64,000 nucleotides of DNA from Mantamonas sphyraenae STR306. Lineage: Eukaryota; Protista; CRuMs. Positions 49,001 through 61,937 of the stretch are shown here, one piece after another. The position numbers were made by a program, and so were the translations under genes. The notes below the pieces were generated by a model that was not told the DNA's origin, made no database searches, and saw only the letters and a program-made list of their open reading frames with translations. The stretch lies in NCBI GenBank assembly GCA_026936335.1, contig JAPMXV010000077.1:1-64000 (forward strand). Direction: 5' to 3'. The number at the start of each line of letters is the position of its first letter. Within the stretch, counting starts at the first letter, position 1.

Positions 49001-49481
49001 TGTTGATGGAGAAGAGGGCAAGGGCGGCACCGGCGTCCAAATGAGGCACCACACGTTCCCACACCTCCACTGGCACCTGTGACAGCAGTGTCTCCATGCG
49101 GGAGGGCGGAGTTCTCTGACGACGGGCGCGACGGGGGCGACGTGAGGCAGTGCTCTGTGCTGTGTCACCCAGCTGCTGCTGGTGCTGGTCAGCGGATGCT
49201 GACCTGTCAAAAACACATCCAGCACACACGGGTTCACCATGGCCATGTCAGCACAGATAAAGGGTGCGGTGGGGAAGAATGGTTGATTGCTGTGCTTCCT
49301 ACCTGCTTGTCTGTGTGTCGTCCACCGTCATGTCGTCTGTGTGGTTGGTGAGCTCTGCCGATGCTCGCACCTTGGCCACCCGCTGACGTTTGGGTGCAGG
49401 GGTGGCGTCCACCAATTGGCCATCTTCCTCATCAACCACATCCTCATCCTCTCCATCCACTGTGCTACGCTTGCGGGACAT
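46035..49481 (-). CDS. F-box-like protein with ~81-aa helical repeats, paralog A; exons 49481-49303 and 49203-46035
   Basis: LLSQVPVEVWERVVPHLDAGAALALFSIN is F-box-like. Exon 1 MSRKRS..PAPKRQR is NLS-like. A phase-2 intron GTAGGA..TTGACAG is conserved in paralog B. Confidence 0.78.
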
Positions 49482-49837
49482 GAATGTGTGTCCACAGTGG
49501 TGGCCTTGAATACGGATTTCCTTTGGCCAAGGCCGAGCTGGCACCACGTCCCAACACAACCCCAACATTGCATCCACATGAGACCCACGATGACGCTCAC
49601 AAACTCTGCCTGTCTTCGCTTCTCAGCATGTCAAAGAGCACCTTGTGTCCGCTGGTGGCTCCGATCTGATCCCAACTCCGACCCATGTACACACCACCAA
49701 ACCATGGTGAACGAACCAAGCCAACGATTCAACAAAACGGGAGAACCAACGCAACAGCATGGACTCTGTTCCATCGCTGGTCCCTTGCAAAGACCGAACA
49801 ACACACGCTGCATCCCAGACAACACGCGTGTGACCCA

Positions 49838-52800
49838 CTACATTCCAAACGCACTGTACACTTCCCTCAGCCATTTCAGTTCCTGTGTCTCCTCATCGAA
49901 AGGTGCTGTGTTGCAATATGGTCTGCAATACACTCTGATCCCCAGAGACGCCAAAAAGTGGGCTCCTCCCTTGCTTATCTCACGCGTCCAGTCCTTCTCG
50001 CCAAACTCGTACCCACACTCCAACAGCACTTGTAACCAGATGAACATATCATCAGAATACGATGACAGCATCTTGCGAGCCCATTCACTCCAATCCTCCC
50101 GTTGTTCCTGGCACTCCCGCCGGACTTGCTCCACCTTGTCCCACCTCTTCTGCGTCTGTTCACCAAGTTTCTCTCCTTCCAAGGCCTCGTACATCCCTTT
50201 TGTCACCACCATAAATGGGATGCGCGACACCAGCTCCTCCAGGACCTGCGGATTCTTGTGCAGCAGCAGCAGCTCCAGCAGCATCTCGTAGCCCACTTCA
50301 TCGTGGATTTCAAGCAGCTTCTCAATTGCCGTCGAGCTATCCAACTCGTACAGATATGCACATGCTTCCTTCACAGCCGTTTGCCTGGTTCCCACAAACC
50401 GCTTTAACACGGGCCTCATTCCTTGGTCAATGAGCCCACGGACGATGCGCCTCTGCAGCTCAACACTGTACTCACGGAAACCGGTCATTCCAGGCATCAT
50501 GGTCCCCAGTACGTTCACAGGGAACCCATCGTCCAGCAGCTGCATCCACCTTTCCTCAGTGGCCACTTTCTTCGACCACCGCCATGCCTCCAGCTCTTCT
50601 GCGTTCACGAGCTTGCCTACCTCCACCACATCCTCGTTCTCCAGCCCCTTCATGGCCACTGTCATCACCTCCGAGTCGTTGCAGGGTTCTTTCCCCACTG
50701 TTCTGCTCATCCACTGCCGCACGTATTCCACAAACGCCTCAGCCCCATTCTCTCTGCATACACTCACACATCGATTCACCTGCTGTTGCCAGCGTTCTTG
50801 CACGCTCGTCCGAATGGCTGCGGCGAGTGCAGACCGCTTCAGCTCGGATGGCACCCACAATGCCCTGTCGTCGTCATCGATGTTGTCCTTGGACAGCAGG
50901 CTAGGCAACAGCCTTTCGTCATGGTCACACCTGTAGCACTCGAGTATGGTCTCGACCTCCAGTTGCGCCGTGTGCTGCTCCACCGCCCACAACACATGCT
51001 CATTGCGTCCCCACTCTTGAGCATACGGCCCCGTTTTCTCAAGGGCACGCGTGAGAAATGTCATCACATGCTCCTGCGGAAGCACCATACCATTGCTGTC
51101 AAGGACCGCCCTCAGATCCGTAGGTTTGGCAATGTCAACAACCGTCTCCCAAGCCTCACGCTCCACTAGCAAGCGAATGGCTTCCATGTTCGGGTGTGTC
51201 TTGTAAACGCTCGCCACCGTGTCTTCATCCAGCTGCTTCCCGTGGTGGACCAGCACCCACTCACTCGCTTCCCAGTATTCTGTTCTTCGTGCACGCTTGA
51301 GAAATCGCAACACATGCGCCTTCGGAAGCGTTTTACCCTTGCTGTCAAGTTCTTCAGTCAGTTCACTTGGTCTTGCAATGGCTTCCTTCCAAGCCTCCCG
51401 TTCCACCAGAAGAGCCAGAAGATCCTTGAGATGATACTCTCCACACAGCTGTACCACTGCATCGTGGTCCAGTTGTGACACGAATCGAGGTGTGCTGGCA
51501 ATCCACCTCTCCATTACCCTATCTCCCCGTGCAGCCTCGAAGAGCAGTTTGGAATGTTCGACAAGTGTGGCCATGGCCTTCTCCTCGCCCTCCACCAGGA
51601 TGAGTGCCTCGTGCAGTGCATAGGCTGGTGCATTCATGACCAGCGCTTCAATTGGTAGCGTGGATAGCACACATGAAACCAGGTCATGGTTGTCCAGCAC
51701 ATCCGGCAACTGCCGCATCAGAGTCAAGTTCTTCTCCGCACAGAGTGCTTGCAACGCCTTTGGCCATTCGGCTTCTGGCAACATTTCTGCAATGCAGGCA
51801 AGCATACCTCTACACCCGCTCAGTCCCATTGCTATTGCTTCCTTCACACCCGCAACGCCGTGTCCCACCAACACCTGCGTCAACGCTGAACGGGTGTGCT
51901 CCACCCGCCCTCTGTCTTCCATTGCATACTTGACGTGTGCAACGATGTTGGACAGTGGCACGTCTGCCAGTGTTCGTCCCATCGAGTCCGGCTCACCCAA
52001 GCACACGTACTCGACCCCACTACCGGTGTCCCCATCGTAAATCGCATCCATGTCGGCATCCAACTCCATCTCTTCCACGAAATACTCCGGGGCACCTGCT
52101 GCCAACAAAACAGCTCCCTTCGCCTCAGGGAAAGGCAGACATCTCTCGACGACGTCCATCAGGTCGTAGCAATCTACCTCGTCGTCCCAACTGTAGTCGT
52201 ACCAACTGCCGTCGTTGCAACTTTCGGCCAGTGTCGTTCGCCGCAACACACACTGCAGCACAGGAAGTGAGCGTCCACACACACGTGGCAACTCATCCAC
52301 ATGCATGCGTTCAGGCACACTGCTTTCCCCAAACAGATCAAACAGGGTCCTGTTCAAGTACAGGCGGTTCAGCCGCGGCACCCGGTGTCGTTTGTCGCCA
52401 AACCAGACCACCACACCACCAATCTCGCCCAATGTGGACACAAGGGTGCTCCTCAGTGGCTGATTGTCCACTTGGTACAGGTCGCCCATGTCCACCATGT
52501 GTGTGTTGATGGAGAAGAGGGCAAGGGCGGCACCGGCGTCCAAACGAGGAACCACACGCTCCCACACCTCCACTGGCACCTGTGACAGCAGTGTCTCCAT
52601 GCGAGAGGGCGGTGGTATCTGGGGACGGGAGCGACGTGAGGCGGTGCTCTGTGCTGTGTCACCCAGCTGCTGCTGGTGGTCGCGGGATTCCGACCTGTCA
52701 GAAGCACACCCAGCACACACGGGTTCACCATGGCCATGTCAGCACAGATAACGGGTGGAGTGGGTGAGAATGGGCGGCTTTTGTGCTTCCTACCTGCTTG

Positions 52801-52963
52801 TCTGTGTGTCGTCCACCGCCATGTCGTCTGTGTGGCTGGTGAGCTCTGCTACCGCGCGCATCTGCTGACGTTTGGGCGCTGGGGTAGCGTCAACGGACGG
52901 GTTCTCTTCCTCATCAACCTCAACTCCATCCTCTCCATCCACCGTGCTACGCTTGCGGGACAT
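49838..52963 (-). CDS. F-box-like protein, paralog B; exons 52963-52794 and 52694-49838
   Basis: Colinear with paralog A, same intron phase, one fewer internal repeat. Confidence 0.78.
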
Positions 52964-54552
52964 GAATGTGTGTCCGCAGTGGTGGCCTTGAATACGGAGT
53001 TCCTTTGGCAAAGCCCGAGCACCCTCAGTGGCCTCGTCTGTGACACTCTGCCCTCTCAGTCGCCCATACACAACCCCTCTCTTTCTCCTCTCTGTCCACA
53101 CCCGCACCGGCCGCAAAGCACACCGAAAAGAGTGCACCTGCCATTGTGCGAGGTGTGTGGTGTGGCTGCTCTCCACAACGGCCGATTGCGTCTCACGACC
53201 AACCCAAACACATCCATCGACTGATTCCATGCATTTACCACCCTCTTCCATGTGTATCCCTGTTTCGATTGACCTGTGGCGTGCTGTGCTGGGGATTCGA
53301 GCGAGTGATCAGGAATCCGCCAGATTTTCACCAGTTCGCCCACCAGCCTTCGTCCTGCAACCCAGCGTCCCTGGACATCCCCCATCCCGATCATCCAACG
53401 CCATTTTCATTCCCTCGGTGCTTCCCCTGCACCGTGTGCATGCTCACCAGCCCATGTTGTCCCCACCTCTTCCTCCCCGTGTGCTTTTTTGCACCCCGTT
53501 TGCACTGCTTCCTGCTTTCCACTCACCCAAATTCTCCTTGTCCTCCCTTTGTTGCCACCCACGACCATTGAACAGGTTGCTTTGCACATCATTGCCTCGT
53601 GTGTCCTCCCAATCCAATCCCAAATCCACCATGGTGTTCACATCCGTCCAGAGGTGCCTGTGCATGTCCCCACGTGCATTGCGGCATCCATCGTTGTGTG
53701 TTGTTCTGTTCGGGGCTGCCAGCAAAAGCCCGCAGCTCCCGCGTCTCCTCTCGCCACCCTGTCGTCGTCCAACGACACAGCGGAAACGTCCATCGCTCAC
53801 ATCCTCCCAGTTGCCGTTGTCCTCATTGCTGTGTTCCACCGTGTCCTCCACACTCGATAGGGGCAGTCTGCGTCTCATGGGGTCCCCTTTTTGGCCAGTG
53901 CCGTCCTTGTCCTTTTGGTCCATCGGGCGCCGACAAAAACCAAAAGGCGAGGCTGACTCCACTCCCTCCCCTTCCTTCCCCCATCCATCCTTTCCTGCAC
54001 CATTTCCCACACACCACCCAAGTGTCATGACACCCAAATCCAGGCGTCTGTCCATCCTCCTCTTCCCCGTCTCCCTTTCCATTCTTCAAGCAATCCATTC
54101 CCAACTCCTTCTCTCCCTCGTCTTCCTCAGCTACGCTGTGTCCCATTTTGCTTCTCCACGCCCACCCTCCCCACAGTTTCCCCCCATTCTCCCCTCCCAC
54201 CCTGATGCTCAACAGCAGCTGACATGTGCGTGTGCATCCCATGTGCCGTTTGATCTCCCCCCCTACTTCCATGTCATCCTCCCACACCAAACAAGCACCA
54301 GGTTGGCCCTGTGCATTTCATCCCTGGGTTTCCTTTCTGCCCTGTTGACGGAATGGGGCCGAGGGTGGCCAAATGCCTTTATCACACGCTCTCTGTGCAA
54401 GCCACCCGCCCCACCCCACCCGGAGTGTTTCCCCCACCTCCTTGGCAATGAGTATTCTGCATTCATTTCCACCTGGCGATCATTCCACGTTGGGTTCACC
54501 GAGTTGGCACTCATTCTGCTGCTCCATTCCACCGCCGTGTCGGTGCTGCTCT

Positions 54553-54795
54553 TGGCCCGGCCTCTCACGTGCCACTGCACAACCCATCAGACTCCAGACT
54601 CAATGCCACCCCGCACATGGGTGATTGCCATCCATGGTATCAGCGACAAGACACAAGAATGTGTTTGTGACGCACACAGCGTCGTTTTCTACTTTGGCCA
54701 GATTTTGGCAGATTTTGGCAGATTTTTGCTCGATTTTTGGCTCGGCCATGGCCCGGCCCTTTGGCTCCTTTTTTGATTGAACTTTGGCCCAGCGC
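54553..54795 (+). repeat. Dispersed element copy 3 (5'-truncated, diverged) with TTTTGGCAGA tail
   Basis: TGGCCCGGCCTCTCACGTGCCACTGCACA...GACGCACACAGCGTCGTTTT, then a tail similar to copy 2. Confidence 0.85.
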
Positions 54796-55087
54796 CCGCC
54801 ACATGCCGGGTTTCCCTCACCTTGTCCGACACAGCTTGGAACATGTGCTGCACCAGAACAACACATTGCAAGCATGGCACGGCCACTTCATACTCTTTTG
54901 CTGCGTCCGAGGAAGAAAGGTGTGGTGTCGACCCCCTTTGCTTGCACATTGCCAATCGAGTGAACAAAGGCAACTCCACCGCCACTGCCCATGCCAGATC
55001 TGCGTTCTTGGTGGTGGTGGATGGATTGGGTGTGCCATGCGACGAGTGTGACACAACAACACGAAACACACACAGAGTGGGGGAACA

Positions 55088-57209
55088 ATGAGCACAATCG
55101 CACGGGGCAAGGGCAAGGGCAAGGCAGGCAGCAGCAGCAACACCAACCATGGGATGGGCAGTGCGCATGGTCTGTCCACAGATGGACCTGACCATTACCT
55201 GCAGTCGGAGCGCACAAAGGCGTACGGCCCTCTTTCGCCGCTGCAGGGCAAGGCAGGACCCGACACATCGCCGGCAGTGCGCACGCTGTATCATGACATG
55301 TACAAGAGTGGCCTGTGTGCCGATGTGGAGATTGTGCTGGAAGGACTGGATGGGGCGGGTGAGTTGGAGGAAGGGGAAGAAACGAGAAGCAAAAGCAAAA
55401 CGCGGGGCAGCAGTGTGGCACACACACACACACACTGTGGGTTGCTGACACCAAAAGGGGGGATATTGGATGACGAATGATGACGGGACACACCTACCCG
55501 ACAGATGGGGAGGAGTTGGGTGGGAAGGATGTGGTGCTTCGTGCACACCGTTCGTTTCTGTGTCTGCACAGCGGAATGTGGCGGTATCTGCTGGAGGTTG
55601 AGGACGGGGCAGCAGCGTCGTCGGGGGCAGCGGTGTTGGAACACAGCAGGGAGGATGGACAGGGAGGAGGGATGTTTCGAATGGTGGTGAAGCGGGGCAC
55701 ACAGAGTGTGGGTGTGTTGCGTGCAATGGAAGTGGCGGTGGGGTGGTGCTACGGCGGTACCCTGCCTGTGACCAACGTGGAGCTGTGTTACAGTCTGTTG
55801 GCCGTGGCACAGTTCTGGCTGATGCCCATGCTGACGGAGCATGTGATGCAGTGGGTGGGACAGAGGCATGATGCAGAGACACTGGTGAGGATGTGTCGTG
55901 GGGGCAGTCTCGTGGGGGCCATGGGCGTCGCCGAGGTGGTGCACTCCAATGTGTACCATGCAAGTGTGTTGCGGGTGGCAAAGGAGTGGAGCAAGGTGGC
56001 AGATGCGGTGAGTGGTGGCAAGGTGGCACGTGGGGCGTTTGGGTTTATGCGGGGCTGTGTGTTTGTGGCGATGGTCAAGGTGGCGTTGGAGCAGCATGGG
56101 GAGGAGGGAGTGGACAAGGGGAAGCTGGCACAGGTGGTGGGTGGGTATTTGGAGAGTGTGGATGTGGAGGAGATGGTGGAGGCGGAGGAGGTGGAGTACT
56201 TGAGTGCGTTGTTGGAGGGCGTTCGGCACAACGAGGAGATGGGATTGTTGAAGGCGGCACTGGCAACAGGTGCGAGTGAGGATGTGGTGAGAGGATTGTG
56301 TGTGAAGATTGCAGGGAAGCTGGAGGTGTTGCAGCGGGATGGGCGCGTGAACCTGAGCGGGCTGCCGGTGTGGGTGGCAGAGCTGATCCTGAGTGCGGAT
56401 GGGATCGATGTGAAGAGTGAGGACGATGTGCTGGAGATTGTGGAGAGATATGTGGAGGAACATGATGGGGAGGGGGAGGAGGAAGGGTGGGAGAGGCGGA
56501 TGTATGGGTGTGTGCGGTTTGGGCTGCTGGGCTCGGAACGTCTGGAAGGGATGCAGGAGGACGGAGAATGGGACACGCGGTATGTGGACTTGATGGTGTT
56601 GATGAATGGTCTGCTAGATGTGCTGCGCATAATCAAGGGCCAGGAACCAGTTCACAGCAAGAAACGAGCATTTGAAGTAGATGTTGTCCCAAGCCTGGAC
56701 TGGGACCGGGTCGACCGAAGCCGAGGAACATTCACAGAGGACAGCCTGGATAAGACTGGAGGTGGTTGGACAACATGGATTGGCAAGGAGAAGCTGCGCT
56801 CGGGACAGCGATGGAGCGTACGAGTGGACCGATTGTCCTACGGCATGATCGGAATCTGCACCAGCACGTGCGATCTCACAAGCAACGCCCTTGGTAAGTC
56901 ATCACATCCCAGAGACACCATACACCGAGTACTGACACCATATGGCTCACAGGGACCAAGCAGGGAAGCTACAGCTGGAACTGGAACGGCTTGCAAGGAC
57001 AAATGTTCAAAAATGGAAACAACACCAAAATCAACACGCGCTTCAACCAAGGCGACATTGTGACGGTGGAGCTGGACACCAGGGCCCACACACTGAACTT
57101 CTCCCGCAATGGCAATGTGGACGCTATCATCGACAACATTGACGACGACACATGGTACCCTGCTTTCAGCTGCCAGAGTTCCAAGATGACGATTGTGCCC
57201 ACACCATAG
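55088..57209 (+). CDS. BTB/POZ-BACK-SPRY protein, copy 1; exons 55088-55358, 55505-56893, 56953-57209
   Basis: ADVEIVL..LRAHRSFLCLHS (BTB); LILSADGIDVKSEDDVLEIV..YGCVRFGLL (BACK); WSVRV..MIGI..GDIVTVELD..TLNFSRNG..WYPAFS (SPRY). Phase-1 GTGAGT/GTAAGT..ACAG introns keep frame. Confidence 0.9.
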
Positions 57210-57756
57210 GACCAATGAACGGATTTTGTACCATCACTGTGTCTCTGATGATGAATCACGCACATTGTCGCCATGGTCACCAGATCCATGCCTGCCACAC
57301 CCCGTCATCGGCTCTCCTCCACGAGCCAGCTCCGCATGCCCAGAATCAAACCAAGATCTCGTATGGATGCTTATGGCAGGTAATGGTGGCTTTCGGTGCC
57401 ATGTAGACATGCTATGCTATCGGTTGGACTGGACGTGCTGAACGAGCAAACAGCCAGTCATGCAGGGCGGAAGACAATTCCATTGGACGACTCCTGCAAT
57501 CGACGCTGCACGTGCTGCATCTCATCAACAACCATCTTGAGAGCGGATTGTGACGGTACCGGGAAAAGGGTGGGCCACATTTGGACGACTCTGTTTGCTG
57601 CGTCCGAGGAAGAATGGTGTGGTGTCGACACCCCTTTGCTTGCACATTGCCAATCGAAGGAACAAAGGCACTTCCTCCGCCACTGTCCGTGTCAGACCTG
57701 CACTTTGGTGGGTGGTTGATGGATGCGCTGTGCAATGCGACGGGTGTGACACAACA

Positions 57757-59897
57757 ATGAGCACAATCGCACAGGGCAAGGGCAAGGGCAAGGGCAAGGG
57801 CAAGGCAGGCAGCAGCAGCAACACCAACCATGGGATGGGCAGTGCGCATGGCCTGTCCACAGATGGACCTGACCATTACCTGCAGTCGGAGCGCACAAAG
57901 GCGTACGGCCCTCTTTCGCCGCTGCAGGGCAAGGCAGGACCCGACACATCGCCGGCAGTGCGCACGCTGTATCATGACATGTACAAGAGTGGCCTGTGTG
58001 CCGATGTGGAGATTGTGCTGGAAGGACTGGATGGGGCGGGTGAGTTGGAGGAAGGGGAAGAAACGAGAAGCAAAAGCAAAAAGCGGGGGCAGCAGAGTGG
58101 CACACACACACACACACACACACTGTGGGTTGCTGACACCAAAATGGGGGAATATTGGATGACGAATGATGACGGGACACACGTACCCGACAGATGGGGA
58201 GGAGTTGGGTGGGAAGGATGTGGTGCTTCGTGCACACCGTTCGTTTCTGTGTCTGCACAGCGGAATGTGGCGGTATCTGCTGGAGGTTGAGGACGGGGCA
58301 GCAGCGTCGTCGGGGGCAGCGGTGTTGGAACACAGCAGGGAGGATGGACAGGGAGGAGGGATGTTTCGAATGGTGGTGAAGCGGGGCACACAGAGTGTGG
58401 GTGTGTTGCGTGCAATGGAAGTGGCGGTGGGGTGGTGCTACGGCGGTACCCTGCCTGTGACCAACGTGGAGCTGTGTTACAGTCTGTTGGCCGTGGCACA
58501 GTTCTGGCTGATGCCCATGCTGACGGAGCATGTGATGCAGTGGGTGGGACAGAGGCATGATGCAGAGACACTGGTGAGGATGTGTCGTGGGGGCAGTCTC
58601 GTGGGGGCCATGGGTGTCGCCGAGGTGGTGCACTCCAATGTGTACCATGCAAGTGTGTTGCGGGTGGCAAAGAAGTGGGACAAGGTGGCATATGCGGTGA
58701 GTTGTGGCATGGTGGCACGTGGGGCGTTTGGGTTTATGCGGGGCTGTGTGTTTGTGGCAATGGTCAAGGTGGCGTTGGAGCAGCATGGGGAGGAGGGAGT
58801 GGACAAGGGGAAGCTGGCACGGGTGGTGGGTGGGTATTTGGACAGTGTGGATGTGGAGGAGATGGTGGAGGCGGAGGAGGTGGAGTACTTGAGTGGATTG
58901 TTGGAGGGCGTTAGGCACAATGAGGAGATGGGACTGCTGAAGGCGGCACTGGCAACAGGTGCGAGTGAGGATGTGGTGAGAGAATTGTGTGTGTCAATTT
59001 CAGACAAGCTGGATGATCTTCGGGAGAATGGGCGCGTGAACATGAGCGGGCTGCCGGTGTGGGTGGTGGAGTTGATTCTGAGTGCCGATGGGATCGGTGT
59101 GGACCATGAGGACGATGTGCTGGAGATTGTGGAGAGGTATGTAGAGGAACATGATGGGGAGGAGGAGGAGGAAGGGTGGGAGAGGCGGATGTATGGGTGT
59201 GTGCGGTTTGGACTGCTGAGTTCGGAACGTCTTGAAGGGATGCAGGTGGACGGAGAATGGGACACGCGGTATGTGGACTTGGTGGTGTTGACGAATGGTA
59301 TGTTAGATATGCACCGCATTAGCAAGGGCAAGGAACCAGTCAACAGCAAGAAACGAGAAATTGGAGAAGAGATTGTCCCGAGCCTGGACTGGGACCGGGT
59401 CGACCAAAGCCAAGGAACATTCACGGAGGACAGCCTGGAAGACACTGCAGAGAATTGGACAACATGGGTTGGCAAGAAGAAACTGCGCTCGGGACAGCGA
59501 TGGAGCGTGCGAGTAGACCGATTGACCTACAACATGATCGGGATCTGCAACAGCACCTGTGATCTCAGAAACAGCGCCGTTGGTAAGTCACCACATCCCA
59601 GAACTCCATACACCGATTGCTGACACCACATGGCTCACAGGGAGGAAGCAGGGGAGCTACAGCTGGTACACGTTTGGCTCGAATGGAAAGACGCGCAAAA
59701 ATGGAAGTTCCACCAAAATCAGCACGCGCTTCAACCAAGGCGACATTGTGACGGTGGAGCTGGACACCAGGGCCCACACACTGACCTTCTCCCGCAATGG
59801 CAATGTCGACGTCGTCATCGACAACATTGACGACGACACATGGTACCCTGCTTTCAGCTGCTACAATTCCAAGATGACCATTGTGCCCACACCATAG
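57757..59897 (+). CDS. BTB/POZ-BACK-SPRY protein, copy 2; exons 57757-58039, 58194-59582, 59641-59897
   Basis: Tandem duplicate (~2.68-kb unit including flanks) with the same intron positions. Confidence 0.9.
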
Positions 59898-60556
59898 ACC
59901 AACCAAGGGATTCTGTATCATCATTGTGTCTCTGATGATGAATCACGCACATTGTCGCCATGGTCACCAGATCCATGCCTGCCACACCCCGTCATCGGCT
60001 CTCCTCCACGAGGCAGCTCCGCATGCCCTGAATCCAAACAAGATCTCGATATGGATGATAATGGGAGTTGGAAGAGTGGCTTACGGTGCCTTGCAACGGT
60101 ACCTGAGGTGGACTGACACGTGCTGAACGAGCAAAAAGCCATGTCGGTGCATGGCAGCACACAGTTCCATTCGACTCCTGCACTCGACGCTGCACGTGCT
60201 GCATCTCATCAACACCCATCTCGAGAGCTTAGGAGTGACGGCATCGGGAACAGGCCCGGTGGACAACGGCGCGGAAACTCGACAACAACCGCGTTCCACA
60301 CCCACATGGGCCACATCCCTGGACGAGGGAAGTGACAACAGCACATACTGCATACACTCCATTATTTATCCACACCCTTGCAAGACAGATCATCCTGGGC
60401 ATCCATGTCATCATCTTGTGACACAAGACCCCACTCCCATCCAAACCCACTTCCCCCTTGTGCAACACCCCCTCTCTCCTTCTCTTTTGTGTCAACAACA
60501 ACGATTGCAATGATTTTGTGCCACCCTCGCCCCTTCATTGCTCCCCTCCCCTCCCG

Positions 60557-61732
60557 TCATGTGCTGTGCCCACCATGTGCCTCCCGCATGTGGTCATACG
60601 TGGCCGCACTTGTGGTGAAGCCAATGCCACACTTGTAGCACACATGGGTGCCACACACACACGCCACATGGTTGCACCCGCTCTCCTTGGCCAGCCCATG
60701 CCCACACGTGGGACACTGCCTCCACCCACTGCCTCGCCACAGCATCCCCAGCAGCTCATCCCCACGTCGGTTGTCCCTTGCCCACTGCTGGTACTTGCGA
60801 CAGTCATGGTTGCCCCTTCCGTCGTCATCCCAGTGCGCCTTGCACCCGTGGCACCATGCCTTGCCACATCGCTCACACTCGCATCGTGTGCTGCCCTGTC
60901 TCCGTGCCACCGCAGGATCCACCTTGCCCTCGCAGTCTGGCGTCACACACGCATGCCACTTGGCTGTGCGCACATCCCACGCCAGCTTGGCCAGCGCCTC
61001 CTTGTCCCGCTTGCTCTGCAGCACCCTCATCGCCGTCTTGGTCGACACCCTCACCTCCTTCTTCTTCCCACCCTTCCCACCCGCCCAGCACATGCGACAG
61101 CGCAGAGGCATCATCCGCGACTCCACCTGCGCTGCAATGTCCATCCTGGCACAGTCCAGACACATCCTGTGCTCACATCGGGTGCCCAGAAAGGCCATCC
61201 CACTCTGCTCCTTGCTCTCCTCGCACACAGCGCAAGGGTAGCAGTGGTGGAACTTGCACTGGTCTCCGTGCTTGCAATCCTCCCCATGCTTGCACACACG
61301 CACTCCCTCGGCCCCACACGCCTTGCATCCTCCCTTGCTCTTGCTCTTGCTCCTGTTCTTGCTCTTGCTCATCTCCACCTGTGTCTTGCTGCCTGCCCGT
61401 GTGCTCAGTGTCACTGTGCTCCGTCCCATGTGCACCTGCGTCACGCAGTGGTGGTCGCGGCATCGCTCTGGGCCGTACCGACACTTCTCGCCCCATGTGC
61501 ACTTCTTGTCCTTGGTCGTCTTTGCCCTGCATGTCCCACACACCCTCATCCTCCTGGTGCTGCTGCTGCTGCTCTTGCGCTGTGTCTGCTCCTTGTCTGT
61601 GTCTGTGGTGCTGGTGGTTGTGCAGTGGTGGTTGCGACACTCCCCGGGGCCAAATCGGCACCGTGTGCCCCAGGTGCAGTTCTTCGGCTTGTCCGTCTGT
61701 GTTCCGCATGTGTTGCATGTGCGTGTGCTCAT
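60557..61732 (-). CDS. RBR (RING1-IBR-RING2) E3 ubiquitin ligase with three N-terminal CxxC+CCCH-like zinc fingers
   Basis: RING1 CAVC..CEHRMCLDC..CRMC; IBR CVTPDC..CERCGKAWCHGC..HDC; RING2 CPTCGHGLAKESGCNHVACVCGTHVCYKC with the catalytic Cys in GCNH. Probable start MSTRTC at 61732. Confidence 0.9.
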   Translation of the reverse strand: MSTRTCNTCGTQTDKPKNCTWGTRCRFGPGECRNHHCTTTSTTDTDKEQTQRKSSSSSTRRMRVCGTCRAKTTKDKKCTWGEKCRYGPERCRDHHCVTQVHMGRSTVTLSTRAGSKTQVEMSKSKNRSKSKSKGGCKACGAEGVRVCKHGEDCKHGDQCKFHHCYPCAVCEESKEQSGMAFLGTRCEHRMCLDCARMDIAAQVESRMMPLRCRMCWAGGKGGKKKEVRVSTKTAMRVLQSKRDKEALAKLAWDVRTAKWHACVTPDCEGKVDPAVARRQGSTRCECERCGKAWCHGCKAHWDDDGRGNHDCRKYQQWARDNRRGDELLGMLWRGSGWRQCPTCGHGLAKESGCNHVACVCGTHVCYKCGIGFTTSAATYDHMREAHGGHST

Positions 61733-61937
61733 CCTGGAATTGAGTTGGTGTGGACATCGCATCGCCATCCTGGTCGCTTTTCCCTTTGCAGTGTGAGTGT
61801 GTGTGTGCAGTTGCGGAGAGTGCAGTGTTTGTGTGCAGTTGCCGATTTTCCTGGGGCCCTGTTCAAAAATCCGCCCACCGCCCACTGCCCCCACCCACCC
61901 AACCCAACCCAACCCATCCCAACACACACACCCAACC

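Noticed and set aside
53028-54776. 582-aa plus-strand ORF and overlapping minus-strand ORFs
   Set aside because: Low-complexity Pro/Ser/Leu translation, no domain, non-ATG start, and it runs through a dispersed repeat.
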